Shown piece by piece: positions 10,595 to 20,909 of a stretch of DNA of 64,000 nucleotides. Position 1 is the first letter of the stretch. Each line of letters begins with the position of its first letter. The notes under the pieces are model-generated. The model did not search any database. It was not told the DNA's origin and saw only the letters and a program-made list of their open reading frames with translations. The DNA comes from an uncultured bacterium. Lineage in GTDB: Bacteria > Chloroflexota > UBA5177 > JANWHV01. The DNA lies in the NCBI GenBank assembly GCA_963827235.1, contig CAWHAE010000012.1, positions 32,001 to 96,000 of the forward strand. The letters run 5' to 3'. A program made the position numbers and the translations under genes.

Positions 10595-11041
10595 TCAGAT
10601 ATGGCAGTCCAGGCCGACCGCGACGCACTCCGCGTGTGCCTCGCGCAACTCGTCGACCCTGTCCTCCCAATAAGCGTCGGTATCCACGGGGACGCCAAAG
10701 GCCGCCATCTGGCCCTCCATGTGGGTCTGCCCATCGGGCGTCACGATGGCAAACGGCACCAGGTCGAAGCTGAGGTCGCCGACGACGCGGGCATTGCGTT
10801 GCAGAGCCAGATCGCCTGCAAAGGCGGTGCCCATCGCACCACCCGGCTCCGGCGCATAGCGGGCGAGATTACCATCATAGCGGCCCCCAACCTCCCAGCT
10901 ATCCCAGAGCGTGTCCGCCGACTCGCCCAGCAGAGAAGCGGCATACAGGGCCATCACCCGGTCCACATGCCCGCGCACCGCTTCGGGGCCCTGCAGTGCT
11001 ACAGCCTGGGGTACGAATGCCAGCGCGTAGAAGTGTGACAT
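10595..11041 (-). CDS. Hypothetical protein
   Basis: 148 aa, WDSWEVGGRY motif; TGATG coupling to the upstream PoNi-like gene. Confidence 0.65.
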   Translation of the reverse strand: MSHFYALAFVPQAVALQGPEAVRGHVDRVMALYAASLLGESADTLWDSWEVGGRYDGNLARYAPEPGGAMGTAFAGDLALQRNARVVGDLSFDLVPFAIVTPDGQTHMEGQMAAFGVPVDTDAYWEDRVDELREAHAECVAVGLDCHI

Positions 11042-11766
11042 CAGTCCCTGCTCCCTGAGACCAGGTCGCGCGGATAATAGACATGCTCCCGAAAGCGCTG
11101 GTCTGGGATGTGGAAGCGCTTGACACAGGCAGCCAGCTCAAGGCACCAGTAGCCGAAGAAACCCCGATCAGGCAGTAGGTGGGTATCGTGCCAGTAGCAG
11201 TGGCGCATGCTGCGGTACCAGCGCTTGAGGAACTCCGCAATGCACTGCTGCTGCTCCTCGCCCTGTGTGTCGCAGGCGCGAAGCAGAAACTCGTAAGGAC
11301 GCTAGTAGAGCAGCGGCGCACCGCGTAGCCGCTCGAACTGGCCGCACGATACGAGCCGGTCCAGGAGCGCGTCCCGACCTGGCTCGGCAGCCAGATCAGC
11401 CGTGCGAGCCATCTGCTCTTGCGGCACCTCCAGCAGGACGGCGAGTGACACCAGCCACAGGTGCCTGACATACAGCTCCAGTCGCCCCAGGGAGTCGCCT
11501 TCGTAGACGGGATCCGGCCGGTGTGCCTGAAATGCATCGAGTAGAGGCGGGAACTGGCACTTGAGCTCGTTCAGGTCGGCGCCGCTCGAGTATGCGGCGA
11601 TCAGCAGGTGAAGGCGTAGACGGAACGCCCAGAAGCGGAGACTCTGCATGACCACCGGCTCCTGATTGCGCGATGCGTTCTCGTACTCGCACAAAGTCTG
11701 GCGATTGAAAGCGAGAAAGTGCTTCCAGTAGTCCATGTCGCGAAACGTGTCGCGCATTTCAGCCAA
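11041..11766 (-). pseudogene. PoNi-like (DUF1910/DUF1911) immunity protein with an in-frame amber stop
   Basis: MRDTFRD..YW, AAYSSG, LWLVSLAVLL, then LLY*RPY...RWY..WHDTH..FFGYWCLELAA..YYPRDL in the same frame; TAG at 11302-11304. Confidence 0.8.
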
Positions 11767-11919
11767 TTGACTACTCCTGTTCCCTTGGTAGATGAAGTCG
11801 GCTTTGGAGCCGGTGCCGTCCGATTCTCGCGCTGCATAAGCCCACTCCATAGACCGGGCAGGCCGAGCATGTCCCGCATATCCATGCATTGCCCGTGTAT
11901 TCTAGCGCACAAGCGAACT

Positions 11920-12972
11920 CTAGTGGCGATCGACGTATGGCAGTGCGGCCATCCTCATCACCGCCGCCTCAAACTCCAGCGCGGCTTCGTCTGGCACCTG
12001 CACTATCCCAGGTTTATACAAGAGCTGCTGGATGGGGACGGTGCCACCGGGCGTTATCTTTGCGAGCACCCCGAGGTAGCCCTCGTTGATAATTTGCTTT
12101 GCCGTCGTCTCACCGACGGACTCCACAAGCCGGTCCTCAAACCAGCCCTGGGTTCCTTGAGCGCCGCGAAGACCTGCGCAGCCATACTTGCACTCCACGA
12201 GCAAGAAGTTGGCCGGCAGGTTCGTGGAGAATTCTGTATCCCCTACCTTCCTGAAGACCAGATCAATACCAGGGGCGTTCGCCGGCGTTCCCGGCATGTG
12301 CCCACCTACCTGCTCGAAGCCGAGGTCGCTGAGTGCATCCCTTGTGGCCGACTCTCCGAACGTGCTCTTTGCAGTGTTGCCTCCGCTCGCAACATCGGTG
12401 CTAGCCGCCTTGACCACAGTCTTGGCGAGCACTGGCAGAGCTGCGAAGCCAGAAAGAGGAGACGCCTGGTTCGTTGACCCGCCGTTGGCGTCTGGGTTGA
12501 CCGCCTGGTACGCCTTTTGCACCTCCTGCGTGAGCTGTGCAGTGCTCGGCACTGGTGGCGGCGGTACTGAGAGTGTGGGCTGCCACAGCCCGAGCGAGAG
12601 CGGTACTGCCGCCGGCGCGTCGATGCTCTGCAGCGCGGCGCTCTCCGCCTGTACCGTCGATGAAACGACCGAGGTCGTCGGCACGGTGCTCTGGGCCATC
12701 GGACACACGCCGTCCACCATGTTGGACCGGCAGGACATCATGCCTGTCTTGTCGTTGTAGTCCACCGGGTCGTCGCCTGCGTACGCGTAGGTGAAGATGC
12801 CCTCCTGCTGGCTGGGGTCCGGCTGCAGGAACCGCTCCAGCACCGGGTCATACGCCCGCGTGGTCATCCAGTACCAGCACAGCTCCTGGTCGTACCAGGC
12901 GCCGGCGAAGCGCAGGCGCTGGGGCACGGATTCGGTGGCGCTGACCTTGCCCCACAGGTCATACGTGTAGAG
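11920..12972 (-). CDS. Orphan Rhs core tail plus C-terminal PD-(D/E)xK (PoNe-like) nuclease toxin; 5'-truncated
   Basis: YTYDLWG, LRFAGAWYD, RAYDPVLERFLQPDP, PVDYNDKTG junction, GIDLVF...VECKYG. Confidence 0.8.
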   Translation of the reverse strand, partial: LYTYDLWGKVSATESVPQRLRFAGAWYDQELCWYWMTTRAYDPVLERFLQPDPSQQEGIFTYAYAGDDPVDYNDKTGMMSCRSNMVDGVCPMAQSTVPTTSVVSSTVQAESAALQSIDAPAAVPLSLGLWQPTLSVPPPPVPSTAQLTQEVQKAYQAVNPDANGGSTNQASPLSGFAALPVLAKTVVKAASTDVASGGNTAKSTFGESATRDALSDLGFEQVGGHMPGTPANAPGIDLVFRKVGDTEFSTNLPANFLLVECKYGCAGLRGAQGTQGWFEDRLVESVGETTAKQIINEGYLGVLAKITPGGTVPIQQLLYKPGIVQVPDEAALEFEAAVMRMAALPYVDRH

Positions 12973-13344
12973 GCGTCTTCCCGTTGATACGAGGCAGACG
13001 CGTCGTGTGATGGGGCGCAAACCTGCTGAACTTGGCGACCACGTCGACCGGGCTGCCACCGCATGGGGCACGAGCAGCCGGCACGGCTTGTCCTTTCGCC
13101 GCGTCGCATCCGGCGACGCATGCTCAAATCGTCGTGCAGACCGGATGAGCGCGGGCCCGGCCCCTGCGTGCCGTCTTCGCCTGTCTGCTCGCGATTGCCG
13201 TGCTCGCGGCCTCGATGGTGCCGCGCGATCCCGGCTCTGCCCAGCCGCCCGGATCGTCGTCGCCCGGTGCCGCTGTACCCCGTGCCCGGAGGCTGATAGC
13301 ATTCAGGAGGGCGGCGAGACGGTGCCCGCTCCGGGAGCGCGCTC

Positions 13345-14463
13345 ATGATCAAAGTGATGATCTTCAACGCCAGCTCGGGCAGCCTCAAGTGGTCGCTGCT
13401 GGATGCCGATACGGAAGCCCTCTTTGCCGAGGCCGAGCTTCCTTATTCGGCGGTACCCGGCGACGGCCTGGGCGCCGCCGTGAAGAGCATGCTGGAGTCT
13501 GCCGGCGACCTGGCCGCCGTGGGCTACAGGGTGGTGCACGGCGGCGGCACCTTCCGCGATCCGGTACGCGTCGACGGTGCCGTCGTCGAGCGCATCGCCG
13601 CCTTCAACGAGCTGGCGCCGTTGCACAATCCGGTCACCGTGGCCTGCATGCGTGCCGCGCTGGGGACCTTGCCGGGCGCGCTGCACGTCGCCGCCTTCGA
13701 CAGCGCCTTCCATCGCACCATTCCCGACCGCGCCGCCGTCTATGCCATTCCCCGCGAGTGGACTGAGCGCTGGGGCATACGCCGGTTCGGCTTCCACGGC
13801 CTCAGCGTGGAACACGCCGTGCTCCGGACCGCAGCGCTGCTGCGCGGCAGCCCTCGCCGCCACATCGTGTGCCATCTCGGCGTCGGCTGCTCGGTCACCG
13901 CCGCGCTGGACGGCAAGTCCATCGATACCAGCATGGGCTTCACGCCGCTCGACGGCATCATCATGGCGACGCGATCGGGCACCATCGATCCGGGCACGCT
14001 CCTGTTCCTGGTGCGCCATGGCATCGAGGTCGAGGACTTCTACGACACCCTCGAGCATCGTTCGGGAATGCTCGGCGTCTCGGGCGTCTCCGGCGACGTG
14101 CGCGACGTGATGGACCAGGCGGCGCGCGGCAACGCGCGAGCACGTCTGGCCTACGATATGTTCCTGCACAGCGTGACCCGCCTTACCGGCGGCATGGTGG
14201 CTGCACTGGAGGGCATCGACGCCCTCACGTTCACGGGCGGCGTCGGCGAGCACCAGGCAGTGGTTCGCCGGGACATCGCCGAAGCGCTGGCCTACCTCGG
14301 CGTCGCGCTCGACGAGGAGGCCAATCTGCGCGGCGCCGGAGACCGCGAGATCGGTGATCCCGCCGCCGCGGTCCGCGTGACCGTGGTACGGTCACGCGAG
14401 GATCTCAGCGTGCTGCGCGGCGTCAAGGTGTTCCTCGATCGACAGGGCCCGGCGGCGATCTGA
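13345..14463 (+). CDS. ackA: Acetate/propionate kinase
   Basis: NASSGSLK, RVVHGG, APLHN, FGFHGLS, SMGFTPLDG, TRSG, FTGGVGE. Confidence 0.92.
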   Translation: MIKVMIFNASSGSLKWSLLDADTEALFAEAELPYSAVPGDGLGAAVKSMLESAGDLAAVGYRVVHGGGTFRDPVRVDGAVVERIAAFNELAPLHNPVTVACMRAALGTLPGALHVAAFDSAFHRTIPDRAAVYAIPREWTERWGIRRFGFHGLSVEHAVLRTAALLRGSPRRHIVCHLGVGCSVTAALDGKSIDTSMGFTPLDGIIMATRSGTIDPGTLLFLVRHGIEVEDFYDTLEHRSGMLGVSGVSGDVRDVMDQAARGNARARLAYDMFLHSVTRLTGGMVAALEGIDALTFTGGVGEHQAVVRRDIAEALAYLGVALDEEANLRGAGDREIGDPAAAVRVTVVRSREDLSVLRGVKVFLDRQGPAAI

Positions 14464-14536
14464 TCCCGCCGGCCCGTTTCCCGGGAGGGTTCTACCGATC
14501 CGGTCGATCAGGCGGGGAAGTGGAAGGCGGCGGGTC

Positions 14537-14800
14537 TCACGACACGGGCCGCTTGAACCAGTAGACGGGCTGGCTGCGCACGGAGGCGGATTCGGGCGAA
14601 CCGATCTCCGCCGGCCTCGATTCGACGCGCACCTCTATGCCGATCATCTCCCAGCCCTGCCGGCCGAGTCCGGCGATGTACTCGAGCGTGCCCTCGATGC
14701 CCGCGCCGAAAGTCTCCTCGCGCAAGCCTGTCTCGCTCCAGAAGCGCGCTACTTTCGGGCTCCTGAAAGTATCGATGTGGCAGTATTCCCACGTTTGCAT
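14537..14800 (-). CDS. DUF4177-like small protein
   Basis: WEY...LGRQGWEM...YWFKRP signature. Confidence 0.7.
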   Translation of the reverse strand: MQTWEYCHIDTFRSPKVARFWSETGLREETFGAGIEGTLEYIAGLGRQGWEMIGIEVRVESRPAEIGSPESASVRSQPVYWFKRPVS

Positions 14801-14974
14801 GACGTCTATCCTCTCTGGCGGGCTCCTCGAGCACGCGACCGGCTGGCGGAGTCTCTTGCCGCAGCACCCATATAGTATAAGTATGGCGACGGTGCCGGCG
14901 TAGCCCCAGGTCCTGACACGGCGCCCATGCCATGCTCAGCGGTGGCAGAAACAGGTGAAGAAAGGACGTCTACG

Positions 14975-15481
14975 TTGGATACCTACGATGCCGTGCGCAC
15001 CATGCTGGCCGTGCGGAAATATCAGGACAAGCCCGTGCCCGAGGAAGTGGTCAAGAAGATCGTCGAAGCGGGTCACCTGTCGGGCAGCTCGATGAACCTG
15101 CAGCCCTGGCGCTTCGTCGTCGTGCAGAACCGGGAGACGTTGCGCCGGCTGGGCGCGCTTGCCCAGAGCGGTCCCTACATTGCTCAGGCACCGCTGGCCG
15201 TGGCGGTGGCCATAGAAAAGACCCGCTTCGCCGTCTCCGACGCCAGCCGCGCGATCCAGTCCATGATGCTCAGCGCGTGGTCCGAGGGCGTGGGCTCCAA
15301 TTGGGTCGGCTTCTCCGGCCTGCAGCAGGTCAACGCGGTGCTCGGCGTGCCGCCCGAGCTGGACATACTGGCTATCGTGCCCTTTGGCTATCCGGCAGAT
15401 GCCGTTGGACGGGGCAAGAAGAAGCGGAAGCCGCTGGCGGAGGTAGCGTTCAAGGAGCAATTCGGCACGCCCTTCGCCTGA
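14975..15481 (+). CDS. Nitroreductase family protein
   Basis: AVRKY, SSMNLQPWRF, GVGSNW, PFGYP; TTG start after AAGGA. Confidence 0.88.
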   Translation: MDTYDAVRTMLAVRKYQDKPVPEEVVKKIVEAGHLSGSSMNLQPWRFVVVQNRETLRRLGALAQSGPYIAQAPLAVAVAIEKTRFAVSDASRAIQSMMLSAWSEGVGSNWVGFSGLQQVNAVLGVPPELDILAIVPFGYPADAVGRGKKKRKPLAEVAFKEQFGTPFA

Positions 15482-15622
15482 CGGCGCGCCCTATCGCCTG
15501 CCGAGTGAAGGTGATAGATTAAGGTTGCGCTTGTCGGCGCACACCGCCGCCCATGAGCCCGAAGTCACGGGGCACCGGTCGTGCCGCCGTGTCACATCGC
15601 TTCGGCGCGAAAGGAGACATCG

Positions 15623-16336
15623 TTGGACGAGGATCGCTTTGCCGAGGTCGAGTTCATCGACAACCCTGAGCCGCGGTGTCCGGTGGTGCTCCTTCTGGAT
15701 ACCTCCTATTCCATGCGTGGTGAGCGTATTCAGCAGCTCAACGAGGGACTTCGTACCTTCGAAGCGGCAATCAAGCAGGATCGGCTTGCCTCCCTGCGTG
15801 TGGAGGTGGCGCTCGTCACCTTTGGCGGTGAGGTGGCGACGCTGGACGTCCGAGAGGGCGGGACTCGCGACTTGAGCGATGAAGAGGCCGCCCTGAACGG
15901 CTTCGTGGCCGCCGGCGAGTTCCAGGCCCCGCGCCTTCGCGAAAGCGGCAACACGCCAATGGGCGCCGCGATGAGCCACGCTCTGCACCTGCTCCGGCGG
16001 CGAAAAGAAGTCTACAAGCGTAACGGGATCGACTACTACCGGCCGTGGATTCTCCTAGTCACCGACGGCGGCCCCACCGACTACTGGATGTCGGCGGCGC
16101 AGGAGGCGCGGATGGAGGAGCAGCGAAACGGCGTGACCATCTTCCCCATCGGCGTGGCCGAGGCCGACATGGCCACGCTGGGCCAGTTCAGCACCAGGTC
16201 GCCGCTGATGCTCCGCGAGCTGGCCTTCGGCGAGCTATTCCAGTGGCTCTCGAAGAGCCTGCAGGCCGCCTCGGGCTCCAAGCCGGGCGACCAGGTAGCC
16301 TTGGCCCCGGTAGGCTGGGCCAGCGTAGGCACGTAG
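15623..16336 (+). CDS. vWA domain protein, TerY/YegL type
   Basis: NPEPRCPVVLLLDTSYSM MIDAS, GNTPMG, YYRPWILLVTDG, LFQWLS; AGGAG before TTG. Confidence 0.9.
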   Translation: MDEDRFAEVEFIDNPEPRCPVVLLLDTSYSMRGERIQQLNEGLRTFEAAIKQDRLASLRVEVALVTFGGEVATLDVREGGTRDLSDEEAALNGFVAAGEFQAPRLRESGNTPMGAAMSHALHLLRRRKEVYKRNGIDYYRPWILLVTDGGPTDYWMSAAQEARMEEQRNGVTIFPIGVAEADMATLGQFSTRSPLMLRELAFGELFQWLSKSLQAASGSKPGDQVALAPVGWASVGT

Positions 16337-16347
16337 CGCCGGCCGGC

Positions 16348-17157
16348 ATGGTGATGACCGACCGTGGCTGGCGTGGTGCCGGCGCATCGCTCGCCGGGGC
16401 GCGGCATGCGGCTCTCAACATGCCATGCCAGGATGTCCATCGCTACGTGCCGCTCGTGGCAGGCGGCGCCCTGATCGCCGTCGCCGATGGCGCCGGCTCG
16501 GCGGAGAATGCGCTGGCCGGTGCCCGGCTTGCCGTGGATCACCTCGTCGCCGTGCTCACCCAGTCCCTCGCGCAAGCGCCCGCGGATGAGGATGCCTGGC
16601 GTTCGCTGCTGAAAGAGGCTTTTGCCGGCGCGCACGAGGCGCTCTCCGCGCAGGCCGCCGCCGCCGAGCGGCCGCTGCACTCCTTCGCCACCACGTTGAC
16701 CTGCGTCGTCCTGCACGAATGCTGGTCCGTGGCCGCCCAGATCGGGGACGGCGTGGTGGTGGTAGAGGAGAGCGACGGCAACCTGGTCACCGCGGTCCAA
16801 CCGCGGCGCGGCGAATATGTCACCGACACCTACTTCTTGACCATGCCCGGGTTCGACCGCTACCTGGACATCTGGATCGCCCGCCAACCGATCAGGGCTG
16901 TGGCGGTGTCCACGGATGGGCTCGTGCGTTTAATCATGCATCTGCCGGCCTATACCCCGGGCGCCGCGTTCTTCTCTCCGTTGCTGGATAGACTGCGCCA
17001 CGCGGACGACGACACCATCCGCGCCCGGCTCGCCGCCCTGCTGGGCCTGGATCGCGTCCGCGCGGGGACGGACGACGACACGACGCTGGTGCTGGCGCTG
17101 CGGGACGCGCCTCCGCGGGATGCGCAGCCGGAAGGGCCGGATGGATCGCCGGTATGA
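16348..17157 (+). CDS. PP2C-family phosphatase, YegK/PphC type
   Basis: PCQD, AVADGAGSA, QIGDG, STDG, TDDDTTL. Confidence 0.88.
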   Translation: MVMTDRGWRGAGASLAGARHAALNMPCQDVHRYVPLVAGGALIAVADGAGSAENALAGARLAVDHLVAVLTQSLAQAPADEDAWRSLLKEAFAGAHEALSAQAAAAERPLHSFATTLTCVVLHECWSVAAQIGDGVVVVEESDGNLVTAVQPRRGEYVTDTYFLTMPGFDRYLDIWIARQPIRAVAVSTDGLVRLIMHLPAYTPGAAFFSPLLDRLRHADDDTIRARLAALLGLDRVRAGTDDDTTLVLALRDAPPRDAQPEGPDGSPV

Positions 17158-18539
17158 AGGGTCGCGCATACGCGAGGACTGGGCGACCCGTCGAGCTGGG
17201 CGAGGAGCTGAGTCGGGGCGGCGAGGCGGTAATCTACCGCGTCAAGAACGCTCAGGAGGTGCTCGCCAAGATCTACCAACCCGGCAAGGGGCCCGGCGCG
17301 GACAAGCTCGAATACATGGTTGCCAATCCTCCCGCCAACCCCACGGTCGCGCAGGGGCACAGGTCCATCGCCTGGCCGAGCGACCTGCTCTATGACGCCC
17401 AGAGGCTGCTCGTCGGCTTCACCATGCCGCGCGCGCCGGACTCCGTGCCTATCCTGCACGTTTCCAGCCCAAAAATGCGCAGACAGACCTTCCCCGGCTT
17501 CAGCTGGAAATACCTGCACGGCACCGCGCGCAACCTGGCGTCGGCGGTCGACGCCGTCCATGCCGGGTCCTATGTCATCGGAGACATCAACGAGAGCAAC
17601 ATCATGGTGTCGAATACGGCGCTGGTCACGCTCATCGACACCGATTCCTTCCAGGTACGCACCCCGAAAGGTGTGCACCGCTGCCTGGTCGGCAAGCCCG
17701 AATATACCGCTCCCGAGCTGCAAGCGATCAAGAGCTACGCCGAGGTCGTGCGGACCAGGGAGCACGACGAATTTGGCCTGGCCGTGATCATCTTCCAGTT
17801 GCTGATGGAAGGCCGGCATCCGTTCCAGAGCCGTTGGCTGCCGCGCGGCGATCCGCCGTCCCAGTCGGAGAAGATCAGCCGGGGACTCTATCCCTATGCC
17901 CGCAACCCGGCGCCCGAGATAGCCCCGGCTCCCGGCACGCCGCCGCTCACCAACCTGCACCCCGCGGTTGCCGAGCTGTTCCAGCGTTGCTTTGAGGAGG
18001 GGTCGGGCAATCCGGCCCTGCGCCCCAGCGCCGGCGAGTGGAAACGAGCGCTGGACACGGCGATGCAGACCCTGCGTGAGTGCGCCAACGGGCACGTCTA
18101 CGCCGACTACGACCAACGAGGCAGGTGTCCCTGGTGCGCATCCGCCGCCGCCGTGCAGCGGCACTCCGGGTCCACCGGCCTGCGCGGACTGCAGACTGCT
18201 CTGCCGCCGGCCTCCCCGGCAACCGCGATCTGCGCCGGCTGCCGGCACGTGAACGGCACCAACGACATCTATTGCCGGCGCTGTCTCCGGCCGCTGCGAG
18301 GTGAGGTAAGCTGCGCCTTCTGCCTGGCGTCCATGCCGCGCGGTGCTCCCTACTGCCCGTCGTGCGGCGTTCACGTGGCCTCGGGAGTGGCACCCTGTCC
18401 CCGGTGCGGTCGTCGCAACCAGCCGGGCACCATCTATTGCCAGCGCTGTGCCCGGCAGCTCGTGCGAAACGAACCCTGTCCATTCTGTCGCAAGCCAAAG
18501 CCACGAGGCGCGCCCTTCTGCCCGCGGTGCGGCAAGTGA
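17154..18539 (+). CDS. Ser/Thr protein kinase, YegI type, with C-terminal zinc ribbons
   Basis: GGEAVIY, AKIY, GDINESN, IDTDSF, YTAPE; many CxxC pairs at the C-terminus. Confidence 0.88.
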   Translation: MKGRAYARTGRPVELGEELSRGGEAVIYRVKNAQEVLAKIYQPGKGPGADKLEYMVANPPANPTVAQGHRSIAWPSDLLYDAQRLLVGFTMPRAPDSVPILHVSSPKMRRQTFPGFSWKYLHGTARNLASAVDAVHAGSYVIGDINESNIMVSNTALVTLIDTDSFQVRTPKGVHRCLVGKPEYTAPELQAIKSYAEVVRTREHDEFGLAVIIFQLLMEGRHPFQSRWLPRGDPPSQSEKISRGLYPYARNPAPEIAPAPGTPPLTNLHPAVAELFQRCFEEGSGNPALRPSAGEWKRALDTAMQTLRECANGHVYADYDQRGRCPWCASAAAVQRHSGSTGLRGLQTALPPASPATAICAGCRHVNGTNDIYCRRCLRPLRGEVSCAFCLASMPRGAPYCPSCGVHVASGVAPCPRCGRRNQPGTIYCQRCARQLVRNEPCPFCRKPKPRGAPFCPRCGK

Positions 18540-18797
18540 GCGCAACGACCCTCACTCACCCGCGGTCGCGCCGCCGCGACGATCGTCGCACTCCCGTGCC
18601 CGCGATCCATGCTCCGGCCCTTCGCTTCGCCGATCCTGGGGCCGCGGCCGTCTCGGCCGCCTCCGGCCGTGCCCGGCATCGCTTTCATCATGGCGAGACG
18701 ACGACCCGCTGCGTCGCACCGCCCGGCCGGGCCCTCGACGCACCGCGCCGCTGTCCCTGAACGGTGAATGGCGCTAGACTGGCACGGGAGTAAGCAC

Positions 18798-19466
18798 ATG
18801 CGATGCCGGAACGGACACGTTATTCCAAACGATGTCAGGTTCTGTGCCCTGTGCGGCGCTCCCCGCCGGCGCACCCTGCTGCGCCGGACAAGCGTGCGGC
18901 TCGCCTTCTTTGTCCTGGTGATCGTGGCCGGCAGCCTGGCCGGCTTCGAGTGGACGTACCGCGACCGCATCTATCCCGGCGTACGGGTGCAGGTTCCGGC
19001 CGGTACCGTGAACACCGGCGGCATGACGGTCCGGGCGGCCGAGAAAGCCCTGCAGGCGTTCAGCATCAAGCAGCGATTCCGGATCATCCACCTCACCGCC
19101 CACGCCCACGCCGAGATTCTCGTGCCGGTGTATAAGCTGGGCTATGGTCTCGACGGCGACCTGACTGCCACCCACGCCTACGCGATAGGCCGGGACCGGT
19201 CGGCCCTCGACAACGCGCGCACGCAGTGGGATGCCCTGACGCGAAGTACTCGCGTGGCGCTCGTGCAGCGTGTGGACGTTTCCGTGCTGGATGCCTACCT
19301 CTTCAAGCTGGCGCCGTCGGTGGCGCTCCGCCCGCAGCGCACGGCGACGGGCAGGCGCCTCGACGTGGTGAGTACCGAGCGCGCGATCGCGCGCGCGCTC
19401 ACCACCGGAAGCACCTCGAGGATCCCGCTCAAGTTCATTACCGTCCCCCACCTGGCCGCCCGCTAG
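18798..19466 (+). CDS. Zinc ribbon + TM + peptidoglycan-binding-like (YoaR/VanW N-terminal) protein
   Basis: CRNGH..FCALCG, TM, DRIYPGVRV..GGMT. Confidence 0.65.
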   Translation: MRCRNGHVIPNDVRFCALCGAPRRRTLLRRTSVRLAFFVLVIVAGSLAGFEWTYRDRIYPGVRVQVPAGTVNTGGMTVRAAEKALQAFSIKQRFRIIHLTAHAHAEILVPVYKLGYGLDGDLTATHAYAIGRDRSALDNARTQWDALTRSTRVALVQRVDVSVLDAYLFKLAPSVALRPQRTATGRRLDVVSTERAIARALTTGSTSRIPLKFITVPHLAAR

Positions 19467-19706
19467 GTCGAACATCAGCCGCGCGGGGCAGATCTGCATC
19501 GCGCCATCTGTGACTGGTGACCATTGCGCCATGCCGCACGGCCGTCGATCGGCGAATCACATTCGCTGCGTTGTCAGGGTAATGTACGGGTGTTGTTACT
19601 GCCGTGCTCGGCGAGCTTATGGCATCCTCGAAGACATGGGGGACGCCGTTGGGTGCGTCCCACGTGGTTCGAAAGGGAACGAGCGGTGAATCCCAATCAG
19701 GAGAGC

Positions 19707-20615
19707 ATGACAGACAGCCAGGTGCCGGCGCCCGAGGTCGCGGCGCTCGGCGCAAAGCTCAGAGCAATGGAAATCGAAATGCGCGCACTTCAGGCGTCAC
19801 AGGCAGGCAGTCGCGGAGCGATCGGCGGGCGCACCCCGCTGGGCAGGCTCGCCCGTGCCGGGGCCGTCGCCGGTCTTTTGCTGCTGGCGCTAGGGACGAA
19901 TGTCTTCGCGAGCATCCCGGATGGCGGGGCCGTCATCCACTCATGCTACGCCAAGAGCTCCGGACAGCTGCGCGTCATCGATACGGCGGCGCATGGGAAA
20001 TGCGGCAAATCGGAGGCCACGCTCACCTGGAATCAGGCTGGACCGCAAGGCCCTGCCGGAATGTCCGGTGCGGCGGGACCTGTGGGCCTCAAGTGGCTGG
20101 GTCAGTGGACCACGACAACTGCTTATCACGTCAATGATGCGGTGTTCGACAAGGGCTCATCTTGGATAGCCCTCGCAGCCAATACCGGCTCTGAGCCTAA
20201 CGCGGCGAACACGAGCTGGAGCATATTGGCGCAGCAGGGTTCCCAGGGGCCCGCCGGCCCGGTGCCCACGCCGGACATCGTGTACGCGAGCAATTCCGAG
20301 GTGGTGAAGGCGTTTGTGGCGCTGGATATTCGGGCCACCTGTCCCGCCGGAAAACAGCCCATAGCCGGCGGCTACCGCAGCGCCATCGACGTGAATCGCG
20401 CCAACACACTGTACATCATCTCCAGCTCACCCGTTACCGATGTGCAAGGCAGTAGCTGGTCTGTCGTGGTCGCCAATTTCGGCGACGCGAACAATCCCGC
20501 CTCGGCCGACACGGTAACCGTCTACGCCGTGTGTGCGACTCTCGGCGCCGGCGTCGTGCCTCCGCCTGCCGCCACCGCTGCCCCGACCGCCACTGCTACA
20601 GCCACCACGCCCTAA
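19707..20615 (+). CDS. Secreted protein with short collagen-like and carbohydrate-binding-like segments
   Basis: IPD..VIHSCY..G.LRVID..C..E..LTWNQ, GPQGPAG, W..TTAY..NDAV..GSSW. Confidence 0.65.
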   Translation: MTDSQVPAPEVAALGAKLRAMEIEMRALQASQAGSRGAIGGRTPLGRLARAGAVAGLLLLALGTNVFASIPDGGAVIHSCYAKSSGQLRVIDTAAHGKCGKSEATLTWNQAGPQGPAGMSGAAGPVGLKWLGQWTTTTAYHVNDAVFDKGSSWIALAANTGSEPNAANTSWSILAQQGSQGPAGPVPTPDIVYASNSEVVKAFVALDIRATCPAGKQPIAGGYRSAIDVNRANTLYIISSSPVTDVQGSSWSVVVANFGDANNPASADTVTVYAVCATLGAGVVPPPAATAAPTATATATTP

Positions 20616-20909
20616 GGGCAAGCCACTCCGTTACCCGCACTGGCAGTGCAGCGCAGCGAAGGCGCACCGGATGCCTCAACGGCTCATCCTGGGGAATCGG
20701 TCGCGCCTTGTGCGGAGTGAACTCCACTCCAGCGGGTTCTACCCCGGTCTGAATATAGTAAGCCTGTCACCACTTTGCTCGGTTGCCGGGTGAGAGAACC
20801 GCCAGATGGGCTAGCTCGAACAGGTCGTTGCGCGAGAAGAGGGCAACGCCTACGTTACGTAGGAGGAGACTCCGCGTCTCGGGCCCCGGCTGATGGTCTC
20901 GGAGCGTGG

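Noticed and set aside
7642-11304. Amber recoding or pyrrolysine, suggested by two in-frame TAGs
   Set aside because: TAG is a true stop for many intact genes here (e.g. 1925, 7431, 16336), no pyl genes are seen, and both cases lie in a frameshift-ridden island.
12973-13302. N-terminal ~110 aa of the 460-aa Rhs ORF
   Set aside because: Arg/Ala-rich and non-homologous; Rhs similarity starts only at about 12972.
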